A stretch of DNA of 64,000 bases from Octopus sinensis (taxonomy: Eukaryota). The number at the start of each line of letters is the position of its first letter. Positions within the stretch are counted from its first letter, which is position 1. The stretch spans positions 124,001-188,000 of the forward strand of contig NW_021833041.1 of NCBI RefSeq assembly GCF_006345805.1, given 5' to 3'. The position numbers and the translations under genes were made by a program. Shown here piece by piece: positions 12,601-25,957 of the stretch. A model generated the notes under the pieces. It was not told the origin of the DNA and searched no databases. It saw only the letters and a program-made list of their open reading frames with translations.

Positions 12601-15148
12601 ATGATAACCAAATTACTAGTTCGACGTCTTTCTAATTTCTCGAATTTGGAATCCCTATTCAATTCAACAAAAAGATTAGAAAAAAAAGTTTTGTGTGATT
12701 AATATATTTTATAGAAATCTGGATTTATTTTTGGGATTGAAGGGTTGGATTTATTCAACAATAAAGCATTTGAAATATGTATTGAGAGACTGAAATTGGG
12801 AATTGTCTCATTAAAGGATCAAATCTTTTTACCTCAAGAAAAACGAAACATGAAAATTGTAGAAATATTCGATGAAATGTCAAATGAAATTTGCAAAGTC
12901 GCTGATTTGGTAAATTTTATAAAACAATCATAGAAAGGCCGAATTTGTGAGATCTTCTCATCCAGTTGAATCAATCCGCTCAAATGCAGAAAGGGCATAC
13001 ATTGATTTGGGATTGATCATCGAGATGTTCTTAGGCTTTAAATCAAATTAGGTTGAACACTAATAAAGAACTGTATTCCGTTTTAACTGAAGAAGTCGAA
13101 AATTCAGTCGATTATGATAAAGACGACATTTATGCTGGTCAACTACTTCTTGAAGATTTTAAATCTTGTGCTATACATTTTGACGAATATAGAGTTATTA
13201 ATTTTAGATAAACTGTAGAGAAGAGAATTTGTTAATGTAAGTTCGTCTTGTCTTAAGTCGACTTTTGATTTTTTTAGACTCTCGACAAAACCAGTGAAAG
13301 TTCCAATTGTTCAATATCGAAAGCACTTTGAAAACATGTTCTTTTATTTGCATAAAAATAATATAGTTATCCTAAAATCGGAACGTATTATTCTGTTGAT
13401 ACTGTATGTATGTCTCCAAACGAAGAGGTTTTTATTCTGACACTAAATATCTTAGACACGTCGTTTTTCTTATCAGATATTTTATTCTAATTGTGCTGAA
13501 AAGCAGAAATCATTAAATACACTTCTTGAAGAACGTTGCAAGCTTGCTAAAATATGTGGCTTCGATAATTATTTCGAGAGAACTAGTCAAGCTATGTTAT
13601 GTCCTGGAATTGGTGATATTTTTAGTCTAATTCAAAGATAATTTGAGACAGTTTTTGTGGGGGATTTCAGAACGCATTTCAACTCGGTAAGGATTTGACT
13701 TTTTCACATTTTATTCTTCCAGTGCGGAAAAAGAAATCGCAAATATGCAGTACCTGATGGTTTATGATGGCAATCACTCATCTATTAATGATGGATTTTA
13801 TGATCCTTGGAATTTCAACTATTTCTGTCATTTGTTACATAGCAGAGCATACCAGTCTGAACTGGCGGATATTTCGAAATATTTTTCTTTGGGGGGATGT
13901 ATTGAAGGAATTGCTATTATAATGGACACCTTGTTTGATGTTAAGATTGAGGAAATATCAACTGAAAATAGTAATGAACTTTTGTGGAATCATGACGTTG
14001 TGAAATTAGTAACATTCAAATTAAGTATGATAGAGTGTCAAAAGTAGCGATAGCATTATTGGTTATATTTATTGTGACCTATTTGCTCGTGATGGCAAAA
14101 GTCGACAGGATTGTCATTACACCATTCGTTGCGCTAAACGATTTATTGATGGATCAGTTCAGGTGTTTTTTTATCATCTCTGAATTTTTTATAGATTCCA
14201 ATTTCAACGATTTCATTAAATCTAGATGAAAGATTGGAGGGTCCTTTGCTTTTAAATCCTTCTATGGTGAGGAATTTGTTTCATGAATTTGGACACGCAA
14301 TACATACCATTTTTGGCCAAACTAAATATCAGCATGTTTCTGGTATAGAAACAAATTAATTTTTATTTGTGTAGGAACAAGATGCCCTACCGACTTTGCT
14401 GAGGTACCCTCTATTTTGATGGAATATTTTGCTTTCGACTTTCATGTATATAATATTTTATTGATTTTCAAAAATTAGTCAACCTTAAATACTTAGATCA
14501 TATTATTATTAATTATAGTTCTTAAAGAAGTATTCAAAACATTATAATACTGGAATTCCGATTAGTGATAAACATGCATTGTTAATTTCAAACATTGAAA
14601 GAATTCATTCTCCTTTGGTATCAGATATAAATTTCAATAGCAATAGAAGATACAAGAACAGCTGATTTATTCTTTACTTGATATCGAACTCCATGTTACT
14701 AAATCACCTTCTCCGTGTAAAACTAAATCCATTTATGAAGAGATTTTCAAAAAAATTACTTCGAGAGAACCCGATCCTTTTCTCGTTGAATTAATAAATT
14801 AATCATACTTTCAGGTACCATATTTAAGATTTTCACATTTTTCAAATTATGGAGCAAAATATTATTCATATTTATTGTCGCATGCAATTGCTTCTCGAAT
14901 ATACTATGAGAATTTCTCTGATCAAAAAAAATTTAAGTATATTATATAAAATGAACTGCTTTTATTGTATTAGGGTTAATGGGAAAGTGCTTCGTGATAT
15001 TTTACTTTCCCGCGGAGGATCAAGATCCGCTGTTGAGATTTTGAATGGTAATTTGATAGAAAAATATACCTTAGAATACTTTGCTGATTCTAAGTTTGAA
15101 ATAAACAAATATTCCGAGTTTTTAACGCTTGATTGTTTAGATTTGTAA
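12601..15148 (+). CDS. MIPEP: Mitochondrial intermediate peptidase (M3 metallopeptidase), multi-exon
   Basis: [13 protein letters not shown]|[31 protein letters not shown]|[19 protein letters not shown] (HExxH), and LLSRGGS near the C-terminus. Micro-introns include 12910-12937 (28 nt). Confidence 0.93.
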
Positions 15149-15219
15149 TTTTTTATGAATTTTATTCATTTTATTATTTCAATTCCATATAAAACTCTAT
15201 AATATGGCTAGTTTAAGTT

Positions 15220-16200
15220 GTCTGATATTCTATACCATTTTCAAGTCAATTATGAATTTCAAATTTACAATTACAAACTTCAAGTGTCATCTGCAAAACT
15301 CAAATTTGCAAGTACAAACTTCTAATTGCAATCGAAAATTTCAAATTTACAATTTTGAAATTCAAGTTTGCATTTTATCAAAATATTGTACAGTGGTCGT
15401 CAAAAAAAATTCACCGGTCACCGATGCAGTGTTCCAAATTCTCGAAATTTTCGAATATTAAATGGTATTGTGGAATACGGCAAATTAAGTATTTTTGAGA
15501 TTTCTCTGATTGATTTACCCTCTTTAAAGTTCGCAATAATCATGCCTTTTTTAAATTCAGTTAACTGTTTCTTGGGAGAACGTGGCATATGCAATAACAA
15601 GAAAAGTGAGCAATGTTTTTTGTCACGAGATTTAAATTTTTATGCTTTAAATTTCTTATATTGAAATAAAATCGCATAAATAAATTAATATACTTAAAAA
15701 TTAGAATAAAAAATGAAGCGTAAGATTAAATTTTTTATTAATTTGTCAATAAAAGCATGAAAAAATGGCTGAGCAATTTTTTTTGACGAGCACTGTATAT
15801 ACTAATTGTAATCAAATTATGGGAAACAGAACAAATATTCTTTGTTAAATTAAAACTCATAAAGGTCCTCACCACGAGTAACTCGGGGATAATACTTTTC
15901 AACCCGGTTAACAAATCGCATTAATATTTGTGGTGTTAAAACTTTTTTTGCGTCTCCTGCAATTTGTTCTGATATTCTTATCCTATATTCAGAAATTGGA
16001 ATACCATCCGGAGTTTTTTTATAATTGAGAATTTTTGACATTTTTTCTCTTGGCATTTTTTTACTTCTGTTTTAAAAGTACTCCAGGCTAATTAAATCGG
16101 GTTTAAATTTTTTATATGCAACATTGACTTTCGTAATTACAAATTTGAGGTTTGTAATTGATTTTTGCAGACGACATTTGAAGTTTACAAATGTTAAAAC
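15220..16200. mobile_element. Old fold-back/TIR element remnant with internal repeats (right arm partly at 18464-18512)
   Basis: ACAAACTTCAAGTGTCATCTGCAAAACTC (~15275-15301) recurs inverted at ~16165-16190 and ~18464-18512. There is a possible transposase-like fragment at 15850-16056. Confidence 0.4.
15391..15795 (-). mobile_element. Internally deleted Tc1/mariner element
   Basis: TA|CAGTG(G/C)TCGTCAAAAAAAATT TIRs at both ends with TA duplication. HTH fragment MPRSPKKQLTEFKKGMIIANFKEGKSIREISKILNLPYSTI at 15418-15600. Confidence 0.9.
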
Positions 16201-16233
16201 TTGAAACAATAAGGACGTGAAAAGATAGCTAAG

Positions 16234-18460
16234 CTAATTACTGGCGTCACGAGACACCCGGCCAGTTTCGCGAATGGCGAAGCCGTTCCCTCGGATCACA
16301 GCAATCGACAGACGTTCCAGGAGCCAAGAATACTCTCTTGGATCGTGACTAGTCCTTGAAATCCGTCGGCCGAGCGAGCGAAGGAAGCGGAGTGTCTTGG
16401 GGCCGAAAATCCCGGAGGACTCCACGGCAATTGGAGTAAAGAACAGCGAGTTGGAAAGATGGCCGTACTTGAGAATCTTTCGGTCCTCGGCCTGCCTCGA
16501 AGCGTGCCCAGGATTGGCGGCGGACTGAGCGAGATTTCCAAGCGAGAACGTGTCCGAACAGGTAGAATCCCAAATAAGGGATTTCCCCTGCTCGTATGGG
16601 AAGGTGGACAACCCGTCTGGGCGTTTGCCGTCCCCTCTATCCAGTCCAACAGGTTCGAGGATTGACGGGATGCCAGCTGAAGCGAGGGCTCTCTGTATGA
16701 TCGAGTTGAGTTCACTGTGACGGGGGGCGCGACCGGCACTTCGCCGGCATGCGAGGGGGTGCAAACCGTACTCGTCAACAGTTCCCCCGCAGCGGCATTT
16801 GTGCGACTGGCAGATTTTCAGCCCAACACGGAGGGAAATTGCCATTCTCAGGCATTCCTTGTCCACCAGGTTCCCGATGGAAGGGAGAGGGAGAGCCTTC
16901 AGCCAGACGCCGCTGCCTTCGCAGCGACCTGCACGGAGGCAAGCGACGCGGTGTTGATTGGAGACAGCGATCAGGTCTTTGTATATTTTCCGACAGGAAA
17001 TTTCATCCCATTGGCGCTGGATAGATGTGGAATCAGGTATACACGGGCCAAACCTAGCTTCCCACCGACCACAGGCAGCAGAGTAATCTTCAGACAATTT
17101 GCGTTCGGGAAGGTTTCTGAGAACGATGTCTGAGAGAATACGTGAAGCAGAGCGAGCGGAAAGGAAGGCTGGGAGGGCAAGATCGGAATAAGATCTCATG
17201 CCCAGGCCGCCCCAGCGCACCGGTAGAGATGCCTGAGACCAACCCGGATCGTCAAAGGCCAGATTACATAGCGAGCTCGTACCGAGCCTGAGGATATTAT
17301 CCAGATTTGACAGAAGGTCGTCTCTTTTGAAACAGGGAGCACACCTTAATGTGTAAAGGACCTTAGGCATGGAAAAGTAATTCCGCAGTAGGAAGAAAGC
17401 TACATGAGGCTCGATGTCTTTGAGCTTCTCGATCATCTTGGAAAGATTAGAGATTTTGCAAGACAACGTGTCTTCAAGGGCAGAAGGACCCATGGGAGCA
17501 CCGAGAATCATCAAATTGGACTTGTCGGTGACTTGGACGTCAGAAAGGATATTTTGGCACGTGGAAGTTGCAACAGTGAATGTATTTGGGTTAAGATTGA
17601 TGTTCACCACTTCGGATTTGTTGTCGTTTATAGAAAGGCCAATGGCCGAGAGGGAAGGAATAATGAAACGGAGGTCGTCAAAAACAACATCGGGAGGGCC
17701 ACAAATGGTCGCATCATCAAGGTACCAAATGTTAATTGGGGAACGGACAGAGTGGGCAATATTATTAACGCCCAAGGCGAAAAGAACAGGGCCCAGGGGG
17801 TCACCCTGCTGAACCCCGGTAGACGAAGAAATAGGTATATCGTTGAACATAAGGATACTTGAGCAAGCATATAAGAGATGCACAAGGGGATAGGCGAAAA
17901 GGACTAATTCACGACAGCACTCCAGAAGGTGGTCCCGTCTGATGGAATTGAATGCGTTGGAAACGTCCAATTTGACCACAATAAACTCCTCAAATGATTC
18001 AGTTAAATCACGAATTGAGTGGACAGCAGCTTCGCAGCCGTTAGGAACGCCAACCCCGAGTTGGACAGGCAGAAACTTCGAGGACAAGCAGGGAACAATG
18101 GCTCGACACAGAAGTTTAGCGGAGAGCCTCCGGAAAATATTGCCCACGGCGATGGGCCTCACGCCGTTGTCCTTTTTCCCAAGGGCAGTAAGGTTGGCGG
18201 AAAAGAAAATATCACGAGCAAAATCGGGGATGGAACCGGAGATGAAGCGGTTGCACAGGTTGGTAATTGAGCGCAGGAGTTTTCGACTTGCTTCGGCGGT
18301 AGTGGGAGATGTCAGGTCTTTCAGATGACCTGGTCTCAGACCATCTACACCACCACTGCTTCCAGGTGAAAAGTCCCTCAGGGCTTTCAGTACAAGAGTT
18401 TCCGAGACAGCAAAAGGATTGAGAGCGAGGGTGTCAGGGGACGGCTGGGGCCTGAAGTCG
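16234..18460 (-). mobile_element. CRE-clade retrotransposon A, 5'-truncated, uninterrupted RT-RLE ORF (~740 codons)
   Basis: SPGSSGGVDGLRPGHL, VRPIAVGNIFRRL, QLGVGVPNGCE, GVQQGDPLGP, WYLDD, CRCG...HPLAC, RH, GDGKRPDG, WDSTC, PIAVESSG. The frame stays open upstream of the GTG-called start to ~18460. Confidence 0.95.
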
Positions 18461-18582
18461 TTTGAAGTTTGTACTTGAAAATCTGAGTTTTGCAGATGAC
18501 ATTTGAAGTTTGATTTTTTTTCTAAAATTTAATTTTTTGTTTATTTATTCACCTTAATATCAACTCAGGTCCAAAGAAAATA

Positions 18583-18686
18583 GAGAAGTTAACTAAATTA
18601 GATAAGTCGCCGAGCGGATGAACAGGCAATTTCCACGTAATATCGCAAACGATATCCGCTGAAAAAGCCAGCTCGTTTCACGACTA
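18583..18686 (-). mobile_element. CRE 3'-terminal fragment (subfamily F, ~100 bp)
   Basis: Reverse complement matches 5254-5352 (RETSWLFQRISFAILRGNCL...). Confidence 0.85.
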
Positions 18687-19033
18687 TTTGAAGTTTTTAA
18701 TTGAGAAATTGACTTAAAAATGGTATAGTTGTTAATTTAACTCCAAAAATTATTTAGATGAAATAAAAAGATTTTTATAGCCATCGGCAAAGTTACAATG
18801 AACAAACGTGTGATTGAATAATACAATTGTTAAAATTAATTAAGTTATTTAGTTTCTTTTTGGGTGATCTAAAATTATAGATAAAAATAGTCATTTTATA
18901 TTTATCAGATGACATGTCGATAGAAATAGTCTCTATTCTCGTTTTCTCGTACAAAATTATAAATATAACAACTAAAAATTATAACAAATCTGGAACTCAA
19001 AAAATAAGATTAGTAATTTTAATGGAGATTAAA

Positions 19034-21253
19034 TTAAATACTGTAGTTTGATTTTAATGTGTAAGTAGCCATTTCCTATAACAAATAAAAATTTATATAT
19101 ACCTCTCCTTGCATGTTAAAAAGAGATGTAACAACTTTATTGCCGATACCAAGACATGTCTTATTTATCCATATTAGATCGTTCTTTTGCGCAATTCCCA
19201 TTCCATTGGCCCAAATTTTTATTTTCTCCCTTGGCTGTAAAATTAAGTTCTCGATTTCATATTCAGAAATATTTGTATTATCAACATCTTGAATTATTTT
19301 CCACCTTATTAGATTCTCTGACTGATTAATAAATTTAAATATTTTTACGTTATTTTGATTTAAATTCTCAATTGCAATGAAACTGCCGTCATTTGCGACT
19401 TCATATATTCCAATAGATCCTTTAGTGCTATTTTGAAACGTTGTTATTTTATCTATCTCTCCTTTGACCATCATTGGTGAAAGATTTTTATCTAAAAAGT
19501 ACAATATTTTAAATTTGAACTTTCATGTATTGAATTATTTCTGCAGAGGAACGACTGCCTATTTTCATTTATATTAATTCCCATTCTAAAATATTTTTAG
19601 TTTTTATATATTTTACCTAATTTCTTCCTGTTCTAACAATGACATGTATGAATCTATTTCAAACTTTAGAGTCATATTATTTTCCATAATGTTTTGAAGC
19701 TCAGATAATGTTTTTTCTAATTCTTGCCTGATTTCATTCATTTCCTCGTTTTTTTCAAATATTAATTGGTCATAATCAGACTGTAACTGATTAAATTCGT
19801 TTTGTAATTCTTCATTTTGAGTTGTTAATAACAAATTCTATTTATTATAGAATTTTTTTCAAATTACCTCTTGTCTTGTTTCATTTAAATTACTTCTAAG
19901 CTTCACTGACGAATCTTTAAGAACAGAGTATTTATTTTTCATTGTGGCTGACTCGGTGTTTATTCGTGCTGCTGAAGTTTGAATCTCGTGAACCTTATAA
20001 TGATATTTTATATTTTCGCATACCTTGCATGCATAATTTGACTGAAGCTCGTTTCTAATTGACGATAATCGTGTTTCATATTCTTCTTGAATATCTTGTA
20101 TACATTTGGAAAATTCATTTGACCACCAATCTCTTGATTGATTTATTCTATCTTCAAAAGGAACAAATTTAACAGCTCCAAGTTCCTATTGATTATAGTA
20201 AAACTTCAAATTAATTAGCGATTATTAATTTATTTTAATAGTGAACCTTTTCATTAAGTTCTTTTTGTAAATCAAGTTCGTCTTTGAGGATTTGATATTG
20301 ATTTTGGCTTTCAATGCGAGCAAATGTTTCGTTTGTAATTTCCTAGAAGTGAAATATTTATTATTGTAAAAATATTTGAGATTTTTATCTATCCACGAAT
20401 ATTTGATAAATCGATAATAAAATGTGATACATTTTTTGTTCTATTCAAATTGTTACGAAGATTATCAATTATTTCTTTATTTTTCATTTTATCCTCATTT
20501 TCCATATCTATTTCTCTCTGAAGCCGGGCTAATCTTGATTCATAGTCTGCTAAATTGTCATTTTGCTGTCTTATTCTCTCTCGGTTATCTTCATCAATTT
20601 CTTGGCATTCTTTCAATCTATAGAAATTTTTAGTGGAAAAATATTTTGATGACCAAACAAAAGAAAGTATTAGTTTAGAACATCGTCTATTCAATTATAT
20701 AAAATCACCTTTCTTGGAATTCGTTCAAAATATCTTGATCATCATCGATTGCACATTGCGCTTTATTTTTTTCATTTTCGCATTCATCAATAAGTTTTTT
20801 TATCTGTCCCATTTCTATTTCATACATTTTTTTTAGATTATCACAATCTCTGCTCGGTAATTTTTTTAATTTTTCTATTGCTTCTCTTAATTTTTTGTTA
20901 AGTGCTTCGTTGTATCGTGAAATTTCAATATAATGTGCTAATCTGGTATTAAGATCTCGCATTTGATTCTTTTCTTTTGCTCTTATTTCTTTATATGTTT
21001 CCACCTGTGGGGAAGTTTTTCCAAGTGTCAAATTCATTCCGGCATCATACGGTAAAGTTTTTGCAGGGCTTCCATATATTATTTCGGTAGATCTCATAGT
21101 AGACATTATTTGTTGGTTGGGGACCATATCAATATTATTTGTTGGTTTTATTTTAAAACTTCTTTCTCTAGTTCTAGGTTTGTAAGATGCATTTTTTCCC
21201 TTTCTCATGTTAACTGAAACGACCATTCTACAATCAATAAAAGCATTTCTCAT
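19034..21253 (-). CDS. Protostome-type cytoplasmic intermediate filament protein with lamin-tail (Ig) domain, no CaaX
   Basis: Coil 1A EIRAKEKNQMRDLNTRLAHYIE, coil 2 end TLKFEIDSYMSLLEQEE, tail MVKGEIDKITTFQNSTKGSIGIYEVANDGSFIAIEN...IKIWA...LFNMQGE|EMATYTLKSNYSI*. The start may be a downstream ATG. Confidence 0.9.
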
Positions 21254-22149
21254 TTATAAATTCTTTAGCCACGCAAAATACCGATTTTCGATAAAATTTG
21301 TATTAATTACTTTAGTTATGTGGTTAAAAACCCAATTATAGCATTAAGATATACTTTCTTTAAAAAAAGTTAGTTATTTTGCCAATTGATTCAATTGTAA
21401 ATTTAATATTGTTCAGCCAGTGTTAGTGGTATTCAAAAAAATCTTTAAATAATTTCTCTTCGTAAAAAATTGCCTAAATTGTAAAGAAATAAGCACTCCT
21501 TAAGTATCTATTCTTTTAGGTGTGAATTTAAAAAAATTTTAATTTCTTCTCAGTGATCGTTGAACCAGATTATTCTGAGATTAACTTATTCAAACCTCTT
21601 TGTTATCTTGTCAAAATATTAAAAAATTATTTACTGAAATTTTAGATGGTAAGCTATATAATATATGTTTTGTGAAAATCAGTTGGATTTTCTTTAGAAA
21701 TTCTAAAAACCACTATTTAATTATCAAAATCTGTTTTATTGATAGAAAATCCCTTATAAAGTAAAGTCTCGCATATCTACCAACTCTTATATCTACCAAC
21801 CGCCAAAAAATTTTTTAAATGAAAAATTTTGATATTTGCCAGAAGATTTTTAAAAATTTCATTGGTTAATTGTTTAAGTCGGATTTTGTAGTTCTAGTAA
21901 TTGATAACTATTTTTTAATAAACTACAAATTGTTTCTAAAAAGAATGATATTAAGCTTTACAAAAAATCAAAGATTTTTTTAATCAATCCAAAAATTTTG
22001 ACGTTAATGCGGCTATTGAATTAAGTGATGTAAAGTAAGTCCTCAAGAAAAACGAAAACTACTTTGAAATTTTTTTATAGATTCTATTATTCGCTATTTT
22101 CTAATAACCGTCACATTTGTAGATATCTTATTTTTGGCCGAAATTAGAC

Positions 22150-22965
22150 ACTTTGTTCTATTTAGCCAAAGTCTTGGAGGAGCACCAAGAAAATAAATAT
22201 CTTACTGTAATTGAGATTTCAGTCTCATTAATCATACCCAGAACGGAAAAGTCTGTGATGGGCGTGTGTAGTAGGGCAGAAATTTTACACAAAACTTGCC
22301 TAAATGTACGGAACTTTCATACCTTAAACGAGTATGCAATCTCATTGCTAAACTACTCCGTTGATCTGATCGAATTCGAGCATAAAATAAATTTCATTGT
22401 CAGAAGAGTACTCCGAAAGAATCACGCTGACGTGTTGGAAAGCAATAAGGAGAGATTATACTTGTCTCGCAAGCAGCTGGGACGTAAACTGAGCAACATT
22501 GTCGACTTAAGTGAGCGAATTCAAACTAAGAAGGACAACACCTTATGGAGTGGGTCAAATGTATCCCAAAGGAAGTCTGCCATTCTTACTATTGAAAAAG
22601 CGCTTGGTAAATACCTCGGGACCATAAAAGGCTACGTGTCGGCTAAGCATGATCTGGGTACTACCCAAGTTAATATGATAAAGTTGACTAAACTTCAAAA
22701 GTAATTTCTAATAAAAAAGATCAATTTAAAAGTCCTTCACAAGACTCTCAGAATTGTTTTTCAAAAGACTCTGAAAAGTGTCGCGTTTAATGCTCGTCGA
22801 TCCAGTTCTTTCCTGACATTTAGGCAGGGAGATCCGCTAGACTGCACCTTCTCGGAGTTCTACAGAGCTAAAGAAGAGAAGAAAGAAGGGGAAAGGGTGC
22901 GGAGTGCCAACCTCTGCTCAATTCGAAGGCTCAGGACTTAGTTAAGTAATTAATTAGTTAATTAG
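22150..22965 (+). mobile_element. R4-like (RLE) non-LTR retrotransposon fragment, internally deleted
   Basis: LNEYAISLLNYS...ESNKERLYLSRKQLGR. The 3' part matches the reverse complement of 24945-25160 and ends in a TTAGTTAATTAGTT-type tail. Confidence 0.8.
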
Positions 22966-23386
22966 TTTCATTCTATTAATAAAGATAAAAAACACCGAAA
23001 TGAAAATATCAAAAATTCAATCATTTGACTTTGCTTTTAGATTTTCTTAAACCTCTTTAAAGAGTAGACAGAATTTTTAGGGGTGCGTCATAAAAAAGGG
23101 GCTTCCTCAGATAGAGGGAGTTTTCTTATATTAACAAAAATTATCTTTTTGTTATTTTAAAATCAAAAAGATGCTTATTTTTAATTTCATTTAACAATTC
23201 TAACATCAAGCAACTGTAACAACGAGTAGTATTTTTAGGTAAATATGAAAAATTTATATTACAATAATCATCTGCCTTATGGCATCCTGCATTATTCAAA
23301 ATTAATACAATATTTCTGTTATTATCTTTTATTTTTCATTTATTACATATACAAATAATCCAGTCTTACCGCAGTTAAAAATATTC

Positions 23387-24603
23387 GGTACATATGTAGT
23401 AGTTGGCGGCCACTTTTTAGCGAATTTTAAAAAAACTATATTTTTTTTGGTGAATATTACCTTTTTTAAATAATATTACTATAAAAAAATTAATTATTTT
23501 TATACAAAATTATTAATTATTTTTTTTATTTTAGTTTTGATTCTGGGGGACAATGTAAGGCAATGCACTCCATGATTGTTTCAATTCTTTCTTTTTGGCT
23601 GTCTGTCGCCAAATGAACTCCGTAAAATAACTATTAAGGTTTGTCTGACTGTCCCCTTTGTTTTCTATTACGCCATTTGGCGCTACTCCACATTCTAAGG
23701 ATAATTATATATTGGAAACCTTTCAATATGTTGGGTGTGTGCACCCGTAGTTGGATCAACAAAACAATATTGTGATTTACTTGCAGGTGCTGATATCCTG
23801 CATCCTGAAGATCTTTTGTTGAATAACCCTTCCAGCAGTCTGATATGAGAATGGTGCCTTCTTACATTCTCAAGAATAGCCTTCGTAAGGGTCTTCATTG
23901 TTCTCAGGTATTGCTTCTAAGAGCATTGGTTCGTTTCTCTGCATTCCGCCGAAAACCCATTGCTCAGGCAACATTCTCCTCTGTTGTATTCTTTTTGAAA
24001 AATGACTTTCGTCAATTTCCACAATCATTCCTTCACCGCCTATTAATTATAAATTTACGCACACCTATTTTGGATCTCTGACGAGATGTCAATGATAGCA
24101 TGCAAATTTCACGCATGTACATTGACCAGTCCACGGTGTATGTGAAGCCCAACCAAGATTTTCCATGCATATCTCCATAGAAGATATATTTTTTGCCCAC
24201 AGGTAGACAAACCGGATTATATCTTCGAATGGTACTTGGTTTCCTGCTAACCACGTTCCTGTTGAGTTTTAATGATATAAATACCAGTTTTTAGACTCGA
24301 TTTACTTCGACAGCCCCTTCTGTAGCAATTCCAAGCCGGAGAGCTGCCAATGTTTAAAGTCATTTGGTGTCCGTGCGACACACTTTTTTTGGGATGATTC
24401 CTCTGGATTGCATGAAATTGATAGCTTCTGACATATTTGTGGGTAGATTGAATAGATTGACCTCACTTCTCATTAAATTAAAGTAGCGTGGGATTTTATT
24501 ATTTTTATATTGTATTATTTTTAATTATATTTTTTTTAACTAAAAAAAATATAGTTTTTTTAAAATTCGCTAAAAAGTGGCCGCCAACTACTACATATGT
24601 ACC
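23387..24603 (-). mobile_element. Merlin (IS1016/ISXO2-like) DNA transposon, degenerate
   Basis: ~60-bp TIR GGTACATATGTAGTAGTTGGCGGCCACTTTTTAGCG.../...GTACC with GG..CC ends and an 8-bp TSD AAATATTC. Transposase motifs FVDPTTGAHTQHIE and WSSAKWRNRKQRG. Confidence 0.9.
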
Positions 24604-24725
24604 AAATATTCTTGGTAGAATATCTTTCCAGGTGTTTTTTTTTAAACAAATACTGTTGTTAATATAAAATAATGTTTGTTGTCATTAATAAATTAATTTA
24701 ATTTTTGGTTACCCAATTTATGATG

Positions 24726-24907
24726 TTAATTCTTTGATTGAGAGGACGCGCGAATAGATAGGCAGTTTCCGCGCAATATCGCGAGCGAAATGCGCTGAAA
24801 AAGCCAACTAGACTCACGTCTCTCGTGACTCTTCCTTGAGATCATCAAGCCGATTTCCGAAAGGAACTCAAGAGCTTTTGGGCCGATTATCCCGCTCGTT
24901 TCGAAGG
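24726..24907 (-). mobile_element. CRE 3' fragment (subfamily D)
   Basis: FETSGIIGPKALEFLSEIGLMISRKSHERRESSWLFQRISLAILRGNCLSIRASSQSKN*; near-identical to 42725-42900. Confidence 0.88.
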
Positions 24908-24944
24908 TGTTAATCAAAATAACCATGCATTAACCTTTATTAAA

Positions 24945-25957
24945 AAAGAAACTAATTAACTAAGTAATTTTACTAACTAAGTCCAGAGCCTTCGAAGTGA
25001 GCAGAAGGTGGCACTCCACGCACCTCCTCCCCTTCTTCCTCCTCTTCTCTGGCACTGTAGACCTTCGAAAAGGTGCAGTCCAGCGCCTCTTGCTGACTAA
25101 ACGTCAGGAAAGGGCTGGATCGGCGAGCATCAAACGAGACACTTTCCAGAGTCCTCTTAAGAACAGTTGACTGTATATAAGCCTGTAGAGACTTTATCTA
25201 CATCCAACTGTCTTAAGTACCGCTTGTGGTATTTGGTGACCAGTCCATCCCATGTCATCACACACGGGATGACATGGACTTTGCACTGGTGCATCAGTCC
25301 TAGCTCGTTTGCAAGGAGGTCATACTTCCTCCTTTTCTCCACTTCCACTATCTGCAAACGGTCTAGGCACGTGATGCCCACCTCCACGATAACAATCTCC
25401 CCGGTGACCTTATCGTGGACCACAATGTCGGGTCTGTTGTGCTGGACAACAATCGAGGTGCGTATGGGGGTATCCACCTTAATGCACACCCGCGAGTTCT
25501 CACACACCGATTGAACTCGATGGGTTTTCAACTTTCTGGACCGCCTCAAGCCATACTTATTGCAGAGCAAAAGATGGAGGGACCTCACCACCTCGTTATG
25601 CCTCCATGTGTAATCATGGTAAAGCATACTCCCGCACTTCGTGGCTAAATGGTCAACGGTCATTGCCTTACTCTTACAGTGGTTACACTGTTTCCGTTGA
25701 CCATTAAAAAAGTTTCTATCCTGCAAATATGAGAACAACCCTTCAGATCGGGGAGAGTTATTCCCATATTTCAGCCACGTAGATGACGACGATACGTCAA
25801 TGTGCGGGTTGTCCAGGCTGCTAAAGAGAGTCTTGTGAAGGACTTTTAAGTTGATCTTTTTAATTAGAGACTCCTTTTGAAGTTTGATCAACTCCTTCAC
25901 ATTAACTTGGGTAGCACCTAGACCATACTTAGCCGACACATAGCCTTTTATGGTCCC
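24945..25957 (-). mobile_element. R4-like retrotransposon, 5'-truncated (zinc knuckle plus RLE)
   Basis: CNHCKSKAMTVDHLATKC, RHNEVVRSLH, HNRPDIVVHDK, IVEVGIT, EKRRKYDLLA, MTWDGLVT; continues after a frameshift as SLQAYIQSTVLKRTLESVSFDARR. Confidence 0.92.

Noticed and set aside
16296-18328. Many overlapping ORFs in alternative frames of CRE-A (likewise in CRE-C and CRE-E)
   Set aside because: These are shadow ORFs expected in GC-balanced coding DNA; they have no independent motifs.
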